The notes under the pieces were generated by a model. That model did not search any database. It saw only the letters and a list, made by a program, of their open reading frames with translations, and had not been told where the DNA came from. A stretch of 64,000 nucleotides of DNA from Paludibacteraceae bacterium (lineage in GTDB: Bacteria; Bacteroidota; Bacteroidia; Bacteroidales; Paludibacteraceae): assembly GCA_017557345.1 (NCBI GenBank), contig JAFYZR010000082.1, forward strand, positions 57,315 through 121,314, given 5' to 3'. Below are positions 26,644-38,700 of the stretch, in pieces (the stretch's first letter is position 1; each line of letters begins with the position of its first letter). The position numbers and the translations under genes were made by a program.

Positions 26644-28174
26644 AGTGTATCAAACACTTGCCGGTCATTTCAGCAGGTTGCTTAATTCCCATGATATGAC
26701 AAAGAGAAGGAGCTACGTCGGCAAGAATACCATTTTCTACATGTGCGTCCGTGTGATCCTTACTTATATAAATAAAAGGCACGGGATTGAGCGAATGGGC
26801 AGTGTTGGGCGTACCATCCGGATTAATAGCATTATCGGCGTTGCCATGATCGGCAATCACAATAATTTCATATCCGTTCTCTAATGCTGCTTCAATCACA
26901 CGATGCGAGCACTCATCAATAGTACGAACAGCTTTTTCTATAGCCTCATAAACGCCTGTATGACCTACCATGTCGCCATTAGCAAAGTTGAGCGTGATAT
27001 AATCAAATTTCTGTGTCTTGATGGCAGCAACAAGAGCTTCCGTTACTTCCGGAGCACTCATTTCCGGCTTCATGTCATATGTCGGTACTTTCGGACTCGG
27101 AATAAGGATGCGCTCCTCGCCCGGATATTCCGCTTCACGTCCGCCATTAAAGAAGAATGTGACGTGTGCGAATTTCTCTGTTTCGGCAATACGTAATTGT
27201 TTTAAGCCCAGACGACTAACAACTTCGCCTAAAGTATTCTCTACATTTTCTTTCGGGAAAAGGATATGCAACCCTTGGAATGAACTATCATACGGGGTCA
27301 TGCAGCAATAGTGCAGGCCAGGTATTGTTTTCATTCCTTGCTCCGGCATATCTTGTTGAGTTAGCACGATGGTGATTTCTTTAGCGCGATCGTTACGATA
27401 GTTGAAGAAAATCACGACATCACCTTCTGTGATACGTCCATCGCATGTGCTGTTTACTAACGGTTCCATGAACTCATCCGTATCCTTATGTTCTTCCGTG
27501 TGCCGATCATAGCATCCTTGTACGGCAGCTACCATGTCGGTTTCTTGACGACCGATACCGTTCACGAGTTGATCATAGGCCACTTTGATGCGTTCCCAGC
27601 GTTTGTCACGATCCATTGCATAGAAACGGCCGATGATAGAAGCTATATGTGCGCCATTGGTATCGCATACTTGCTGCAAGTCTGCAATGAAACCTTTACC
27701 GCTTCGCGGATCGGTGTCACGGCCATCCATGAAGCAATGCACGAAAGTCTTATCGGCTACGCCGTATTCTTTGGCAATTTCCACCAGTTTGAAGAGATGA
27801 TCAAGCGAACTATGCACACCGCCATTAGAGCACAGACCCATGATATGCAGTTTCTTACCCGTTGCTTGTGCTGCTTTGTATGCCGCCTGAATCTCGGGGT
27901 TCTGCATAATGGAATTGTCGCGTATAGAACGGTTGATCTTTACAAGGTCTTGGTATACAACACGACCTGCACCGATATTAAGGTGTCCTACTTCCGAGTT
28001 TCCCATTTGGCCGTCCGGCAGACCTACGTTTTCGCCGCTGGCTTGTAATTGTGAGTGCGGATATTTCGCCAACAAAGCGTCCCAATGCGGTGTCGGCGTT
28101 ACGCTAATCACATCGGCTTTGGACTTATTGCCAATGCCCCAGCCATCCAAAATCATTAATAATGCTTTACTCAT
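26642..28174 (-). CDS. gpmI: 2,3-bisphosphoglycerate-independent phosphoglycerate mutase
   Basis: 510 aa, [13 protein letters not shown]...[13 protein letters not shown]...ADHGN, canonical iPGM. Confidence 0.95.
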   Translation of the reverse strand: MSKALLMILDGWGIGNKSKADVISVTPTPHWDALLAKYPHSQLQASGENVGLPDGQMGNSEVGHLNIGAGRVVYQDLVKINRSIRDNSIMQNPEIQAAYKAAQATGKKLHIMGLCSNGGVHSSLDHLFKLVEIAKEYGVADKTFVHCFMDGRDTDPRSGKGFIADLQQVCDTNGAHIASIIGRFYAMDRDKRWERIKVAYDQLVNGIGRQETDMVAAVQGCYDRHTEEHKDTDEFMEPLVNSTCDGRITEGDVVIFFNYRNDRAKEITIVLTQQDMPEQGMKTIPGLHYCCMTPYDSSFQGLHILFPKENVENTLGEVVSRLGLKQLRIAETEKFAHVTFFFNGGREAEYPGEERILIPSPKVPTYDMKPEMSAPEVTEALVAAIKTQKFDYITLNFANGDMVGHTGVYEAIEKAVRTIDECSHRVIEAALENGYEIIVIADHGNADNAINPDGTPNTAHSLNPVPFIYISKDHTDAHVENGILADVAPSLCHIMGIKQPAEMTGKCLIH

Positions 28175-28631
28175 ATTTTTGTTTTTTTAGTTGATCTATT
28201 TGTCGTTTATCGTCTGCTTCGCGTAGCGATTGACGTTTGTCATAAGTGTGCTTGCCTTGGCAGATAGCTATCTCCAGCTTGGCAAGTCCTTTCTCATTAA
28301 TAAAGAGTTCAAGCGGAATAATGGTCTTGCCGGTTTCTTTGGTCAATCGCTCTATCTTCCGTATCTCTCGGCGTTGGAGTAGCAGTTTGCGGTCGCGTTT
28401 GGCTTCATGGTTGGCATAACTGCCAAAACGATATTCGGCTATATGCATTTGCTTGACATACATCTCTCCGTGAGCAATGGCGCACCAAGAGTCCACCAGC
28501 GAAGCTTTGCCTTCACGGATAGATTTAATCTCGGTTCCAAAGAGTTGGATACCGGCTGTAAAGCGGTCAAGTATGATATACTCAAACTTCGCTTTCTTGT
28601 TCAGAATCCGTATGTTGCTCTTTAACTTCAA
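28167..28631 (-). CDS. smpB: SsrA-binding protein SmpB
   Basis: [29 protein letters not shown]...[13 protein letters not shown]. The likely start is TTG at 28631 ([14 protein letters not shown]); the ORF-track ATG at 28727 would add 32 non-homologous residues. Confidence 0.85.
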   Translation of the reverse strand: MKLKSNIRILNKKAKFEYIILDRFTAGIQLFGTEIKSIREGKASLVDSWCAIAHGEMYVKQMHIAEYRFGSYANHEAKRDRKLLLQRREIRKIERLTKETGKTIIPLELFINEKGLAKLEIAICQGKHTYDKRQSLREADDKRQIDQLKKQKYE

Positions 28632-29670
28632 CTTTCTTGTATTTTTTCTGTCTTTGCTCCCAGCGTTCGCGGGCGTATTGTTGCATGTCGATAACCGTAT
28701 CGTTCTCGTCAATAATCTCGAGTCCAAAGATGGTTTCGATGATATCTTCGAGTGTCAAAATACCCACAAACATGCCGTATTCATCGATAATTTGTGCGAT
28801 TTGGCTTTTCTGCTTGAGCATGCTATCAAAGATAGTGCCGAGGGTTAAATCCTGATCAAAAGCAGGTAAAGGACGTTTGATGCCGCCAAGTGTTTTGCGG
28901 AAATGATCTTCCGTCAATTCCTCCAATGCATCATTACGCAATACATATCCTGTGATATACTCCGGTGCCGTGGGGTTATACAACGGGATACGCGAGAAAT
29001 GGTCGTATTCATCGTTGTCATAATAGGCACGGAGAGTCATATTTTCCGGCGCTATCTTAGCCACCACACGCGGTGTCATAACATCATAGGCATGGATGCT
29101 ATCCAAACGCATCAAGTTGGTGAAAATCTTATTTTCGTCTTCATCCACCACGCCCTCTTCTTCGCCTACGTTCACCATAGATAGCACTTCTTCTCGTGAA
29201 ACGGATGGCTCGTCTTCATTATCCGGGAAGGCTCTGGTAATGAGTTCGACCAAGAGTACGAACGGATAGAGAATAACAATGAGTGCGCGTATAGTAAGTG
29301 CCGTGAAGCCCATCAGATTCCGCCAATACGTGGTGCCGATTACTTTTGGAATAATCTCTCCGAAGATAAGAATCAGCAAAGTGACGATGGCCGAAACAAG
29401 CCCGAACCATCTTGAACCGAAAACCTCTGTGGCTTGCATTCCAACACCTGCTGCGCCTATCGTGTTGGCAATTGTATTAAGTGATAAAATAGCGGCTAAA
29501 GGACGACCTGTGTCTTCCTTATAAGCACTCATCAACTTCGCTGGCGCATAGCCCTCTTCTTCTCGCAGATTGATATAACTAAGCGATGTGGACATCAGTA
29601 CCGATTCCAGCACGGAACACAGGAAACTGATCCCCATTGCACCCAATAAAAATACTAAAAGTAGTCCCAT
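28582..29670 (-). CDS. CNNM/DUF21 + CBS-pair transporter (hemolysin/CorC-related)
   Basis: N-terminal 4-TM DUF21-like region (GEIIPK motif) followed by a CBS pair. Confidence 0.8.
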   Translation of the reverse strand: MGLLLVFLLGAMGISFLCSVLESVLMSTSLSYINLREEEGYAPAKLMSAYKEDTGRPLAAILSLNTIANTIGAAGVGMQATEVFGSRWFGLVSAIVTLLILIFGEIIPKVIGTTYWRNLMGFTALTIRALIVILYPFVLLVELITRAFPDNEDEPSVSREEVLSMVNVGEEEGVVDEDENKIFTNLMRLDSIHAYDVMTPRVVAKIAPENMTLRAYYDNDEYDHFSRIPLYNPTAPEYITGYVLRNDALEELTEDHFRKTLGGIKRPLPAFDQDLTLGTIFDSMLKQKSQIAQIIDEYGMFVGILTLEDIIETIFGLEIIDENDTVIDMQQYARERWEQRQKKYKKVEVKEQHTDSEQESEV

Positions 29671-29726
29671 AACACAAAAAATCGTGCAAAATTACGAATT
29701 ATTTTGCATATTTGCAAATTTTTTAC

Positions 29727-29734
29727 TACCTTTG
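29727..29734 (+). promoter_or_regulatory. -7 box TACCTTTG upstream of the DUF5606-like gene
   Basis: Matches TAnnTTTG about 30 nt upstream of the ATG at 29764. Confidence 0.45.
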
Positions 29735-29763
29735 CAGCCGATTTTGAGAAAATAACATCAATT

Positions 29764-30183
29764 ATGTTGAAAAAAATCCTTTCTATTACCGGTAAACCGG
29801 GGTTGTATAAGTTGCTTAGTCGTGGCAATAATATGCTGATTGTGGAGAGTTTGGTTGACGGCAAACGAATGCCGACTTATGCTCGTGATAAGATTGTTGC
29901 GTTGAGCGATGTCTCGATGTTTACAGATGCCGATGATATCGCGCTGAGCGAAGTGCTGACGAATGCCGGAAAGAAAGAAGGACTGAAACCGGTGGCGTTT
30001 GATCCCAAGAAAGCAAGCAATGCAGAATTGCAGGCATGGTTTGACGGGGTATTGCCCAATTGGGATCGTGACCGAGTTTATCCATCTGATATTCGCAAAC
30101 TTATACAATGGTATAATATCCTCATCAATGCCGGTATAACAGATTTTACTGTTGAGGAAGAGGAAGAAACAGAAAACAAATAG
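29764..30183 (+). CDS. DUF5606-like protein
   Basis: MLKKILSITGKPGLYKLLSRGNNMLIVESL resembles the conserved Bacteroidales DUF5606 N-terminus. Acidic C-terminal tail. Confidence 0.5.
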   Translation: MLKKILSITGKPGLYKLLSRGNNMLIVESLVDGKRMPTYARDKIVALSDVSMFTDADDIALSEVLTNAGKKEGLKPVAFDPKKASNAELQAWFDGVLPNWDRDRVYPSDIRKLIQWYNILINAGITDFTVEEEEETENK

Positions 30184-30204
30184 CTGAAGACTAACAGCTA
30201 ATAC

Positions 30205-30999
30205 GTGCTCCTTAGGGAGATTATCAATAGCATAGAATCTGTAGCGCCACGGAGTGCCCAAGAGGAATGGGATAACTCGGGAATGCAGGTAGGTGACACA
30301 GGACGTGACATTCAGTCCGTTCTCTTGACCACAGATGTTACGACAGATGTGGTCGATGAAGCTATTATGTGCGGTTGCCAACTTATTATCTCTCACCATC
30401 CTTTACTTTTCCACGGACTGAAACAAGTTTGTGGCCAAACGCCGCAGGCCTGCGTGGTAGAGAAAGCGATAAAGAATAACATTTCCATATATAGCGCGCA
30501 TACCAATTTAGATAGCGTAATGGGCGGTGTGAATACTCGCTTGGCGGACAAATTGGGCATCATCGATTATCGGATACTAATGCCTGCTAATCCTGAGAAA
30601 CCAGAAGTGGGATTGGGAATTATAGGCAAACTGCCGAAACCTATAAATTATGCCGATTTCATCGAACAAATCCGTACAAAATTGGCAACTACATATATCC
30701 GTTATACGCGTGCGGCAAAAAATCAAATAGAAACAGTAGCACTTTGCGGAGGAAGCGGAGCGGAGTTTATAGAAGAAACTATCGCGCAAGGCGCGGATGT
30801 ATATCTTACTGCTGATTGTAAGTATCATGATTTCCAAAATGCCGATACCCGCATCGGACTTATCGATATTGACCATTGGATCTCCGAACGTCACTCGCGC
30901 GAGATATTCCGAGATATTATCGAACCTCTGGGAGTAAAATGCATAGTAAGTAAAACTGATAAAACACCAATACAATTATGGCAAGAGCAAAAGAATTGA
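30205..30999 (+). CDS. Nif3-like dinuclear metal centre protein
   Basis: WDNSGMQVG, ISHHPLLF and DHW motifs. GTG start. Confidence 0.85.
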   Translation: MLLREIINSIESVAPRSAQEEWDNSGMQVGDTGRDIQSVLLTTDVTTDVVDEAIMCGCQLIISHHPLLFHGLKQVCGQTPQACVVEKAIKNNISIYSAHTNLDSVMGGVNTRLADKLGIIDYRILMPANPEKPEVGLGIIGKLPKPINYADFIEQIRTKLATTYIRYTRAAKNQIETVALCGGSGAEFIEETIAQGADVYLTADCKYHDFQNADTRIGLIDIDHWISERHSREIFRDIIEPLGVKCIVSKTDKTPIQLWQEQKN

Positions 31000-31712
31000 C
31001 AGTAGAGGATAAACTGAAATACCTCTACGAGTTGCAGCAAGTAGACACCAAGATTGATAACTTGCGCACATTGGCAGGTGAACTGCCACAGGAAGTGAAA
31101 GATATGGCAGACGAAGTAGAAGGTCTCAAAACCCGTCTGGCTAATATCGAGAATGACATCAAAGAGTGCGAAACTCAGATTTCTGATCATCGTGTACGTA
31201 CCGAAAACGCGAATGCGTCAATCGCCCGCTACAAAGAGCAACAAAATAGCGTGCGTAACAATCGTGAGTTTGATAACCTGAATAAGGAGATTGAGTATCA
31301 GGAATTGGAGATTGAGGCTTCTGCACGTAAAATCAAACATTTCACGGCAGAATTGGAGTTGCGTCAAGCCGACAAAGCCAAGACGACCTCGGATATTGAA
31401 GAGCGTACGGTAGATCTTAATCAGAAGCGTGCAGAGTTGGATCAGATTTTGGCAGAGACCAAGTCTGAGACAGAGGCACTTGTGCTTAAAGCAGGTGAGT
31501 TGGAGAAGAAAATTGACGAGCGTTTGTTAACTGCGTTCAAGCGTATCCGTAAAAATGCGCGTAATGGTTTGGCTGTTGTGAAAGTAGAACGTGATTCGTG
31601 CGGTGGTTGCCACGCGAAAGTACCTGCTCAGCAGCAGTTGGATATCCGTACACGCAAGCGCGTTATTGTTTGCGAGTTCTGCGGACGTATCCTGGTAGAT
31701 CCTGAGATGTAA
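30978..31712 (+). CDS. Coiled-coil zinc-ribbon protein (COG1579-type Nif3 partner)
   Basis: Long coiled coil followed by CGGCHAKVP...CEFCGRILV. The pairing with Nif3 is conserved. Confidence 0.8.
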   Translation: MARAKELTVEDKLKYLYELQQVDTKIDNLRTLAGELPQEVKDMADEVEGLKTRLANIENDIKECETQISDHRVRTENANASIARYKEQQNSVRNNREFDNLNKEIEYQELEIEASARKIKHFTAELELRQADKAKTTSDIEERTVDLNQKRAELDQILAETKSETEALVLKAGELEKKIDERLLTAFKRIRKNARNGLAVVKVERDSCGGCHAKVPAQQQLDIRTRKRVIVCEFCGRILVDPEM

Positions 31713-32538
31713 GCAAGAGGGCGATTAATGCTCCTACGGCAATTAGGCTGATAACGCCTAACCACCATGTTGTGCCGGCACCAATTGTGTCGGCATAACT
31801 TTTGCCGTTTTCTTCGATTTCATCGAATAAATAATAGGCTAAAACGGCAATTCCATTATTGGTAAAATGCATCACAATGGGCACCCAAAGACTCCCCGTC
31901 CATATGAACATATATCCAAAGAGTGCGCCCATTAACATACGTGGTATAAAGCCATAGAACTGCATGTGAATGGCAGAGAATACGATCGCTGTGAGCCACA
32001 CGGCAATATGTATTTGCGATTTTTTCGGGCTTAGGATTTGCTGTAGGGTGCCGCGGAAAGATAGTTCTTCTGCGAGTGCAGGAAGAAGGGCGAGTAGACC
32101 GATATTGATGAGTAACTGCCCAATATTTTCTGCCCTCAAAAATCGCTCGGTTAGAGCGGCTGCTGCATCTTCTTGCTGTTTGAAGAATTGTTCGATAAAA
32201 TCGAGACTTTTCGGTAATTCAATACGGCTGTTCAGATCTGCGAGTAGGTTGATGGCCGGAATAGCGCAAATCATCATGATTACGGAAATGACAATAACGC
32301 GCCAATTGGTGTTTTTATCCATATTAAGCCATCTGAACGGCTTATGTTCGGAATCCCATATCGCAGCACAAAGGATAGGCGGAATGAGGAAAGTGGCGAG
32401 TGTCTGCAGGAACTGTAGCCATTTGAGCGATTCCGTTGTTTGACTACCATGCCAACCTATATACCAGATACCCAAGGCGATAAGCGTCAGCCCCGCCATG
32501 ATGCCCAACCAAATTAATATCCGTCCGAAAGTACGCAT
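31663..32538 (-). CDS. CPBP family (CAAX-type) intramembrane glutamic endopeptidase
   Basis: EELSFRG, FSAIHMQ and HFTNN motifs. Start at ATG 32538 (MRTFGRILIWLG). Its 3' end overlaps the convergent zinc-ribbon gene by 50 nt. Confidence 0.8.
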   Translation of the reverse strand: MRTFGRILIWLGIMAGLTLIALGIWYIGWHGSQTTESLKWLQFLQTLATFLIPPILCAAIWDSEHKPFRWLNMDKNTNWRVIVISVIMMICAIPAINLLADLNSRIELPKSLDFIEQFFKQQEDAAAALTERFLRAENIGQLLINIGLLALLPALAEELSFRGTLQQILSPKKSQIHIAVWLTAIVFSAIHMQFYGFIPRMLMGALFGYMFIWTGSLWVPIVMHFTNNGIAVLAYYLFDEIEENGKSYADTIGAGTTWWLGVISLIAVGALIALLLTSQDLPGYVRRTRKQ

Positions 32539-32555
32539 GTTTAATTTTTTCGCTG

Positions 32556-32563
32556 CAAAGGTA
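32556..32563 (-). promoter_or_regulatory. -7 box TACCTTTG (minus) for the CPBP gene
   Basis: Plus strand CAAAGGTA. Confidence 0.45.
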
Positions 32564-32690
32564 CTGCTTTTTTTGTATATTTGCAAAAAATATGCATATT
32601 TTTGCCTGTTTTGTTAAGTTAATATGGCAAAATTGGTAATTATTCGACATAAAAAGCGAATTATTGCACACGCATATGCGCGAAAAGTAG

Positions 32691-32698
32691 TACCTTTG
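32691..32698 (+). promoter_or_regulatory. -7 box TACCTTTG for the giant surface-protein gene
   Basis: Matches TAnnTTTG about 52 nt upstream of the ATG at 32750. Confidence 0.45.
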
Positions 32699-32749
32699 CA
32701 CACTGATTTGTAATTTTTAAATCTGTATATCGACGATAACACAAATACT

Positions 32750-35700
32750 ATGAGGCACTTGCTCACTCAACTCAAGAATCAGGGTTATTATCTAAACGGT
32801 ATTAAAACGTGGTTATCACCTACTAATAACCTACTAATAACCTACTTATCACCTACTAATCACCTACTCAAATCCCGTGCGCATCGCTGCGCCCAATTCG
32901 CCGTAACTCTCTTAGTTATGGTTGTGCTAAGCGTTGGAAATATGTGGGGAGAGACTGCTGTTGCAACAACTGCAGGAACATATAGTTTTGGTTCTACAAA
33001 TATTGGTGCTGCAAATAAATTTGCCGAAATCTCTACGAATTCTGTGTTTATATACAGATGGGCTGATAATTATTCTACGAGCAATAGTGGAATAAAGGCT
33101 GTATCAGGTAATCAATCAGGTTTTGTATTTTACACAACCTCTCCGATGACATTATCAGCTACCATTTATCAAAATAGTAAAACGGCTGAAACCGTAACTA
33201 TTTATGTTAAATCGATTACATCTGCATTCTTTCAAAATTTAGTAGATGGAACAGCAAACTCAACGACGGTTTCTGCGCCATCATTCTCCGATGTTGGCAC
33301 TTTTAGTGTTGTGGGTAGTACTACAAAACAAGAATATTCCGGCACATACGGCTCAACATTATCAGCAGGATATTATTACGTTTATGCTCGTTCAACAGCT
33401 GGAACATGTAATACTTATCATCGTTCTATTACGCTTGCTGCTCCTTCTTGTCCGACGTTGACGGTAAGTCGCGGAGGAACGGCTGATGGTACATATACGG
33501 TTGGAAACGATGGCGGAACTTTAACTTGTAGCGCAACCACAGGAACAATTACTTCTTATCAGTGGAAACAATATTCGTCTGGGCAAGGAATAGGCGATAC
33601 GATTGATGCCGTCGGATCAGGTGCGACAACGGCATCCTTTACCCCACACCCATTATCTGCCGGTACATACTACTATTTATGCCGTGCAAAAAATGCTTGC
33701 GGAGATGTTGCCGTTACTTCTACTTCCGGAACGTTTGTGTTTAATGCAGCAGGTTGCCCCAGTTATTCTTTCCATACAGGCGGCAATGATGTTAAGACAA
33801 ATAATACGCAGTCTTGTTTCGTACAAGTAGGATCCTCGCATGAATGGCAATTGACAGATTATACTATTCCTGCTGATACAAAATTCTTTGTTGGAGAACG
33901 TGGTTGGTGGTATAATGACAATTTAGGTTCAAATAATTCTCGCTCGTCGGCACAAACATGGGCTGACGAAATGTATTTAGCTATGTCGTTTGATTCGGGT
34001 GATGCCGCAGGAAGTCCTAAACTTGGTCAAGCCACCGGAGCAACTGGAACTATTCGAATTTATGATAATAGTGATTGGAATAATCTTAATGCAGCATTTA
34101 TTCCGGATGGTTATGTACTGAAGTTTGGCAGTTCATATGGATTGTTTACGGAAGGTCCTACAAACGAATTTTTATCGCCACTGGTTACTTATAATAGTAC
34201 AACGGCCGGCTATGCAGTTAGTGTGGGTGTGACGGATGAAAATGACGAGTATGTAAGTACTGCCAATACTCAGGAAATGCGTCATATTTTCCTCAAAGAC
34301 AATTGTGGATGGAGTGCAGATGGAGCTAAATTCGCTATCTATTACTGGAGTGGCGATAGTAATGGTTGGTGTGGTTTCTTACAAACTGTTCCTGGAGAAA
34401 CAAACTTATACGAAGGATGGATACCAGCAAGTTACACAAATTTGAAGTTTGTGCGCTTTAGCAGTTCAAAAACAGCTGTAGGTAGTTGGGATGACAAATG
34501 GAACGAAACGAGTGACTTATCTGTTACTAGTTCTCAGAACTATTTCACAATGTCATCGTTCTCTTCCGGTTCTTGGTCTGCTTATCAAAAGAAAGGGAAA
34601 TTCCGTATAAATGCAAATTACAAGGATAAGAACTGGTTCGTTCGTTTTATTCCTAATTATATTTTGACATATGATAAAAATGATGTGGGAGCGAGTGGAA
34701 CGATGGAAGAACAAGGAGTTGCAGTAGATGCGGTATCTAAAAACGTGACAGTTCTGGCTAATGGTTTTACTGCGCCAGCGGGTTACCACTTTGATACATG
34801 GAAAACAGCTCCGAGCAGTGGAACTTCTTATGCTGCTGGTTCTACTTACAATCTTACTGCTGATGCGACATTGTATGCTCAATGGGCACCGACGACCTAT
34901 ACGATTACTCTTGCTGCTGGCGATCATGGAGCAGCTAATCAATCGGCAACAGTGGTTTATGATGCCACAGCACTTTCTTCCATTACTCATGTCACTGCAG
35001 CTGCGTCCTCGCCACATCAATATTATGATCTAACGGGATATTATGATGGTGAAACGAAGGTGCTCAATATCGATGGAACTTTTGCGGCAACCAACGTGAC
35101 AGGATATATTACTGATGGTAAATGGAGCAAGGCTGATGATTGTACCTTAACTGCGAAATGGACAGGAAAGGTTTATAGTATCACGTATAAAGAAAATGAT
35201 AATTCTACCGTCATTGGCGGTCTCAGTCCAAGTAGTTACACTTATGGCGTTGGTGCCGTTCTTCCAACTCCCACTAAATCTGGCTATACCTTTGAGTCTT
35301 GGTATTTAGCATGGTGTGTTTTTGAAGAAGGCGGTTCTGGAAATGGTTTTGTAGACGGATGTAAAAAAACAGCATTGAGTGCATCTGATCATGGCAGTGC
35401 GACTTATCTTGCTCGCTGGTATCAAACAGTTACATTGGATAAGAACGGTGGTGATGCAGATGGTGCTGTGGTTGCGTGGTGTAATGAGTCAGGAACAACA
35501 TCCCTTTCTGCACCAACTCGTGCGGGTTATTCCGTAGAGGGCTACTATGCTGAGGCTGGTTGTACAAATAAAGTAATGACCGATGCGGGTGTGTTAGTGG
35601 ATTATTCCGGCTATGTAAGTAGTGGTAAATGGATTCATTCCGGCGCTACGACTCTATATGCGAAGTGGACGAAAGAATCTGGTTGTATCAAATGGTCAGG

Positions 35701-38700
35701 AACACCAAGTTCTTGGACAGCGGGGAAAATTACAATTAACTCGTTGGTTCTAGAGGCTAGTGCGACTGCTCCCGATATTAACACCTCATCTAATAATCAG
35801 GTTTGGAGCGGACATACAGAAACGGTAATGGCTTTGCAAAGCAATGGAGTTTATGTTCAAGGTCATTTCAGCAATGGTTCAGAAATAAATACACTTACTA
35901 TAAGTGCAGCGAATAACAATGGCACGGCAGGAACAGATAAGAAGTATTTAGTCCTATTCTGCGCCAATAGTTCGTTTAGTTCCGGAGTAACAGGACAATT
36001 GCATGCCGCCCCGAGTTATAAAGATGCTCAAAATGATACTAAATTAATTCATGAATTTACTGCACCAGCAGGAACTAAGTATTTCCGCATATACCGCAAG
36101 CTGAATGAAGATGTAGGTAATTATAAGAATGGCGGTGATACCATTGGAGATGGACAGACGACTCGTATATATGGAATAGAAGTGTGTCCTGTGCCGGTTT
36201 ATGAAGTGACCTATAAAGCGAATGGAGGTACAGGTGAAGATATGGTAGATGATGACGCGAAAACCATTGCAGAAAACACATTCACACGAAGCGGATATGC
36301 GTTCATGGGGTGGAATACAGCAAGTGACGGAAGTGGAACACCATATGCGGTAGGTACAACTGTCACAGAAGATCTGACATTGTTCGCTCAATGGGAGAAA
36401 GCATATACGATTACGTTGGACAACCAATCGGCTGATCTTATTGCCGGAACTGCAAGCATCAGTGTGATCTACAATCATAATGATAACTTGTTAGCACGAA
36501 TGGATCCTCCTATTAAGTCCGGTTATTATTTCGGTGGCTATTATACTGAAACAGGCGGAGCTGGAGTAAAAGTTATTAACGAATCCGGAGATGTGCTGGC
36601 GAGTGCAACCGGGTATACGGATGCAAGCAGAAATTGGGTTTATGATGGAAATAAGACGTTGTATGCTAAATGGACAGCGCTTACAGTTTCGCTGACTATC
36701 TCACCCGCATCTATTAACCCGCATTCTTCGACTCCAGTTACATTTACCATTACAACGAATGCTCCTTCATCTGCAGTAGATCCTCCTTATTATTTTGCTA
36801 TCTATAACTTGGGAAATCCGGCGCATATAACCGGTTATCTCAATGGTGATCATCCGGTAAGCGACGGTTCAACAACGGTAGCTATTGATAAGGATTTTGG
36901 GTTATGGTCTACACAAGCCGTGATATTATGGAAGAGTCAGATTTTAGCGACCAGCGCGGCCCAAACCTTAACGGTAGAATGTACCACTCCTGACGTTCCT
37001 GACGGTTTGACAGCAGGTTCTATTACAACAAACAGTGTGACATTCACTATTACCGATGATAATACTCCAGAGAGTTACGATATCTATTATTCTACGAATA
37101 GTACTGCTCCTACGCCAGGCACAGCCGCGACAACAACTACGCCAGGCAATACGAAAGAAAAATCCGTCACGGGTTTGGAATCATCGACTACCTATTATGC
37201 GTGGGTTCGTGCTGTTTGTGATGCAAGTCATAAGAGCAGTTGGGTAGCATTAACAGGCTCTTCATTTACAACAGAAGCTCCACCGACATATTCGGTAACA
37301 TATAATGACCACCGTTTATCACTTGATGGAGTCGATGAAGCGCCGGTAATAGATGAAGCAGGTGGTACAGTACCGACAGATGCTAATTCTTATCTGGAAG
37401 GAGCAACTGTTTCCGTACTTGGTAACACGGGAGATCTCACTTTCATTATCGATGGTGCAGAAGCTACTTTCCGCGGCTGGACAAATAACTCGTTAGGCTA
37501 TTCCAATCCATACTATACGGCAGGTTCTACGTTTGCTATGCCAGCTTCTAATGTTACCCTATATGCTGTTTGGTCTTTCCCGATAGAATATTATTTGAAC
37601 GGAGGTACTATTAATGATGTTTCCTATGATACCTACTATATCTATACTAATAATATTGATAACAGCGGAATAATGACCGCTACTTTGCCTACGAATGTAA
37701 CTAAAGTAGGTTATACGTTTGAAGGTTGGTATCATAAAAGTGATTTTTCTGATGTCCGTCGTTATGGAGTGGAAGGATATTGGTATGGAGAGTATGAGGC
37801 CTTTGCGAAGTGGACAGAGAATTTATATGACATTACTTACGATAGTAATGGTGGTTCGGGTTCGATGTCTAACACTCATGGTCACTATGTAACTATTGCG
37901 AATAATAACTTTACAAACAGCGGATATATCTTCAATGGTTGGAACACTGCAGCCGATGGTTCCGGAATCAGTTACGACGCGGGCGAGGAAATTGAATTGA
38001 CTGCTAACTTGACGCTCTATGCGCAGTGGAAATTGGATTATATTATCACATGGGGTAATGTGCAAATCGGTGGTGCAGGTGCTACAATAACACCGAACCT
38101 TGGAGGCGGTAACTATACCATCACTGTTAATACGGGAGTCTGGTCAGGTTCGCTTACGGCAGACATGTTAAGTGCTTCTGCAGGGGTAACAATAACGAAT
38201 GTAACCGTTGATAATAGTGGTTCGCCCAAGACAGCGACATTGACCTTTAGTGTCGGTGCGGATGTAGTAGGATCAACGATTACGTTAACCATCGACGTTC
38301 CAGCACATGGAGACTATTCCGCCAAGACAAGTGATCATGTGATAAGTATAGATCGATGTGAAGGAGTTGCTACTGTTTGGGATTTCACTACTAACACATT
38401 CTTGAAAGGAGGCTCATGGTCTACTTCAGCTGGAGCCGAAAATAAAGCCTACGCAACTGATGGTTCAACGATACTTAAGTATTATGCCGGTGGAGGAGGA
38501 GATGTATGGAGTTCTTCGAACGCTCAATTACAAACACAAGGAACAACGGCAACTAGTACGGGAACTTCAAAAAAACAGATAACTCAAAAGTATTTCCAGT
38601 TCCCTACATTATCTGGAAAGGGAAAGATAAGTGTGACATACGGAACAAATAAGTCTACTTTGAAAATATATGAAGCCACATCTACCAATATTTATGGATT

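Noticed and set aside
27488-28048. 186-aa plus-strand ORF and neighbours at 26645-28190
   Set aside because: Antisense to gpmI, whose full-length homology is clear.
29758-30399. 213-aa minus-strand ORF
   Set aside because: Spans the DUF5606-like and Nif3 genes antisense and crosses their intergenic gap. No motif recognised.
32587-32750. Invertible promoter (inverton) upstream of the giant gene
   Set aside because: Only a weak imperfect inverted repeat (GTAATTATTCG ... CGAATTATTGC, 9 of 11) and a 10-bp palindrome CGCATATGCG are present. Neither flanks the -7 box the way known Bacteroides invertons do, and no recombinase is nearby.
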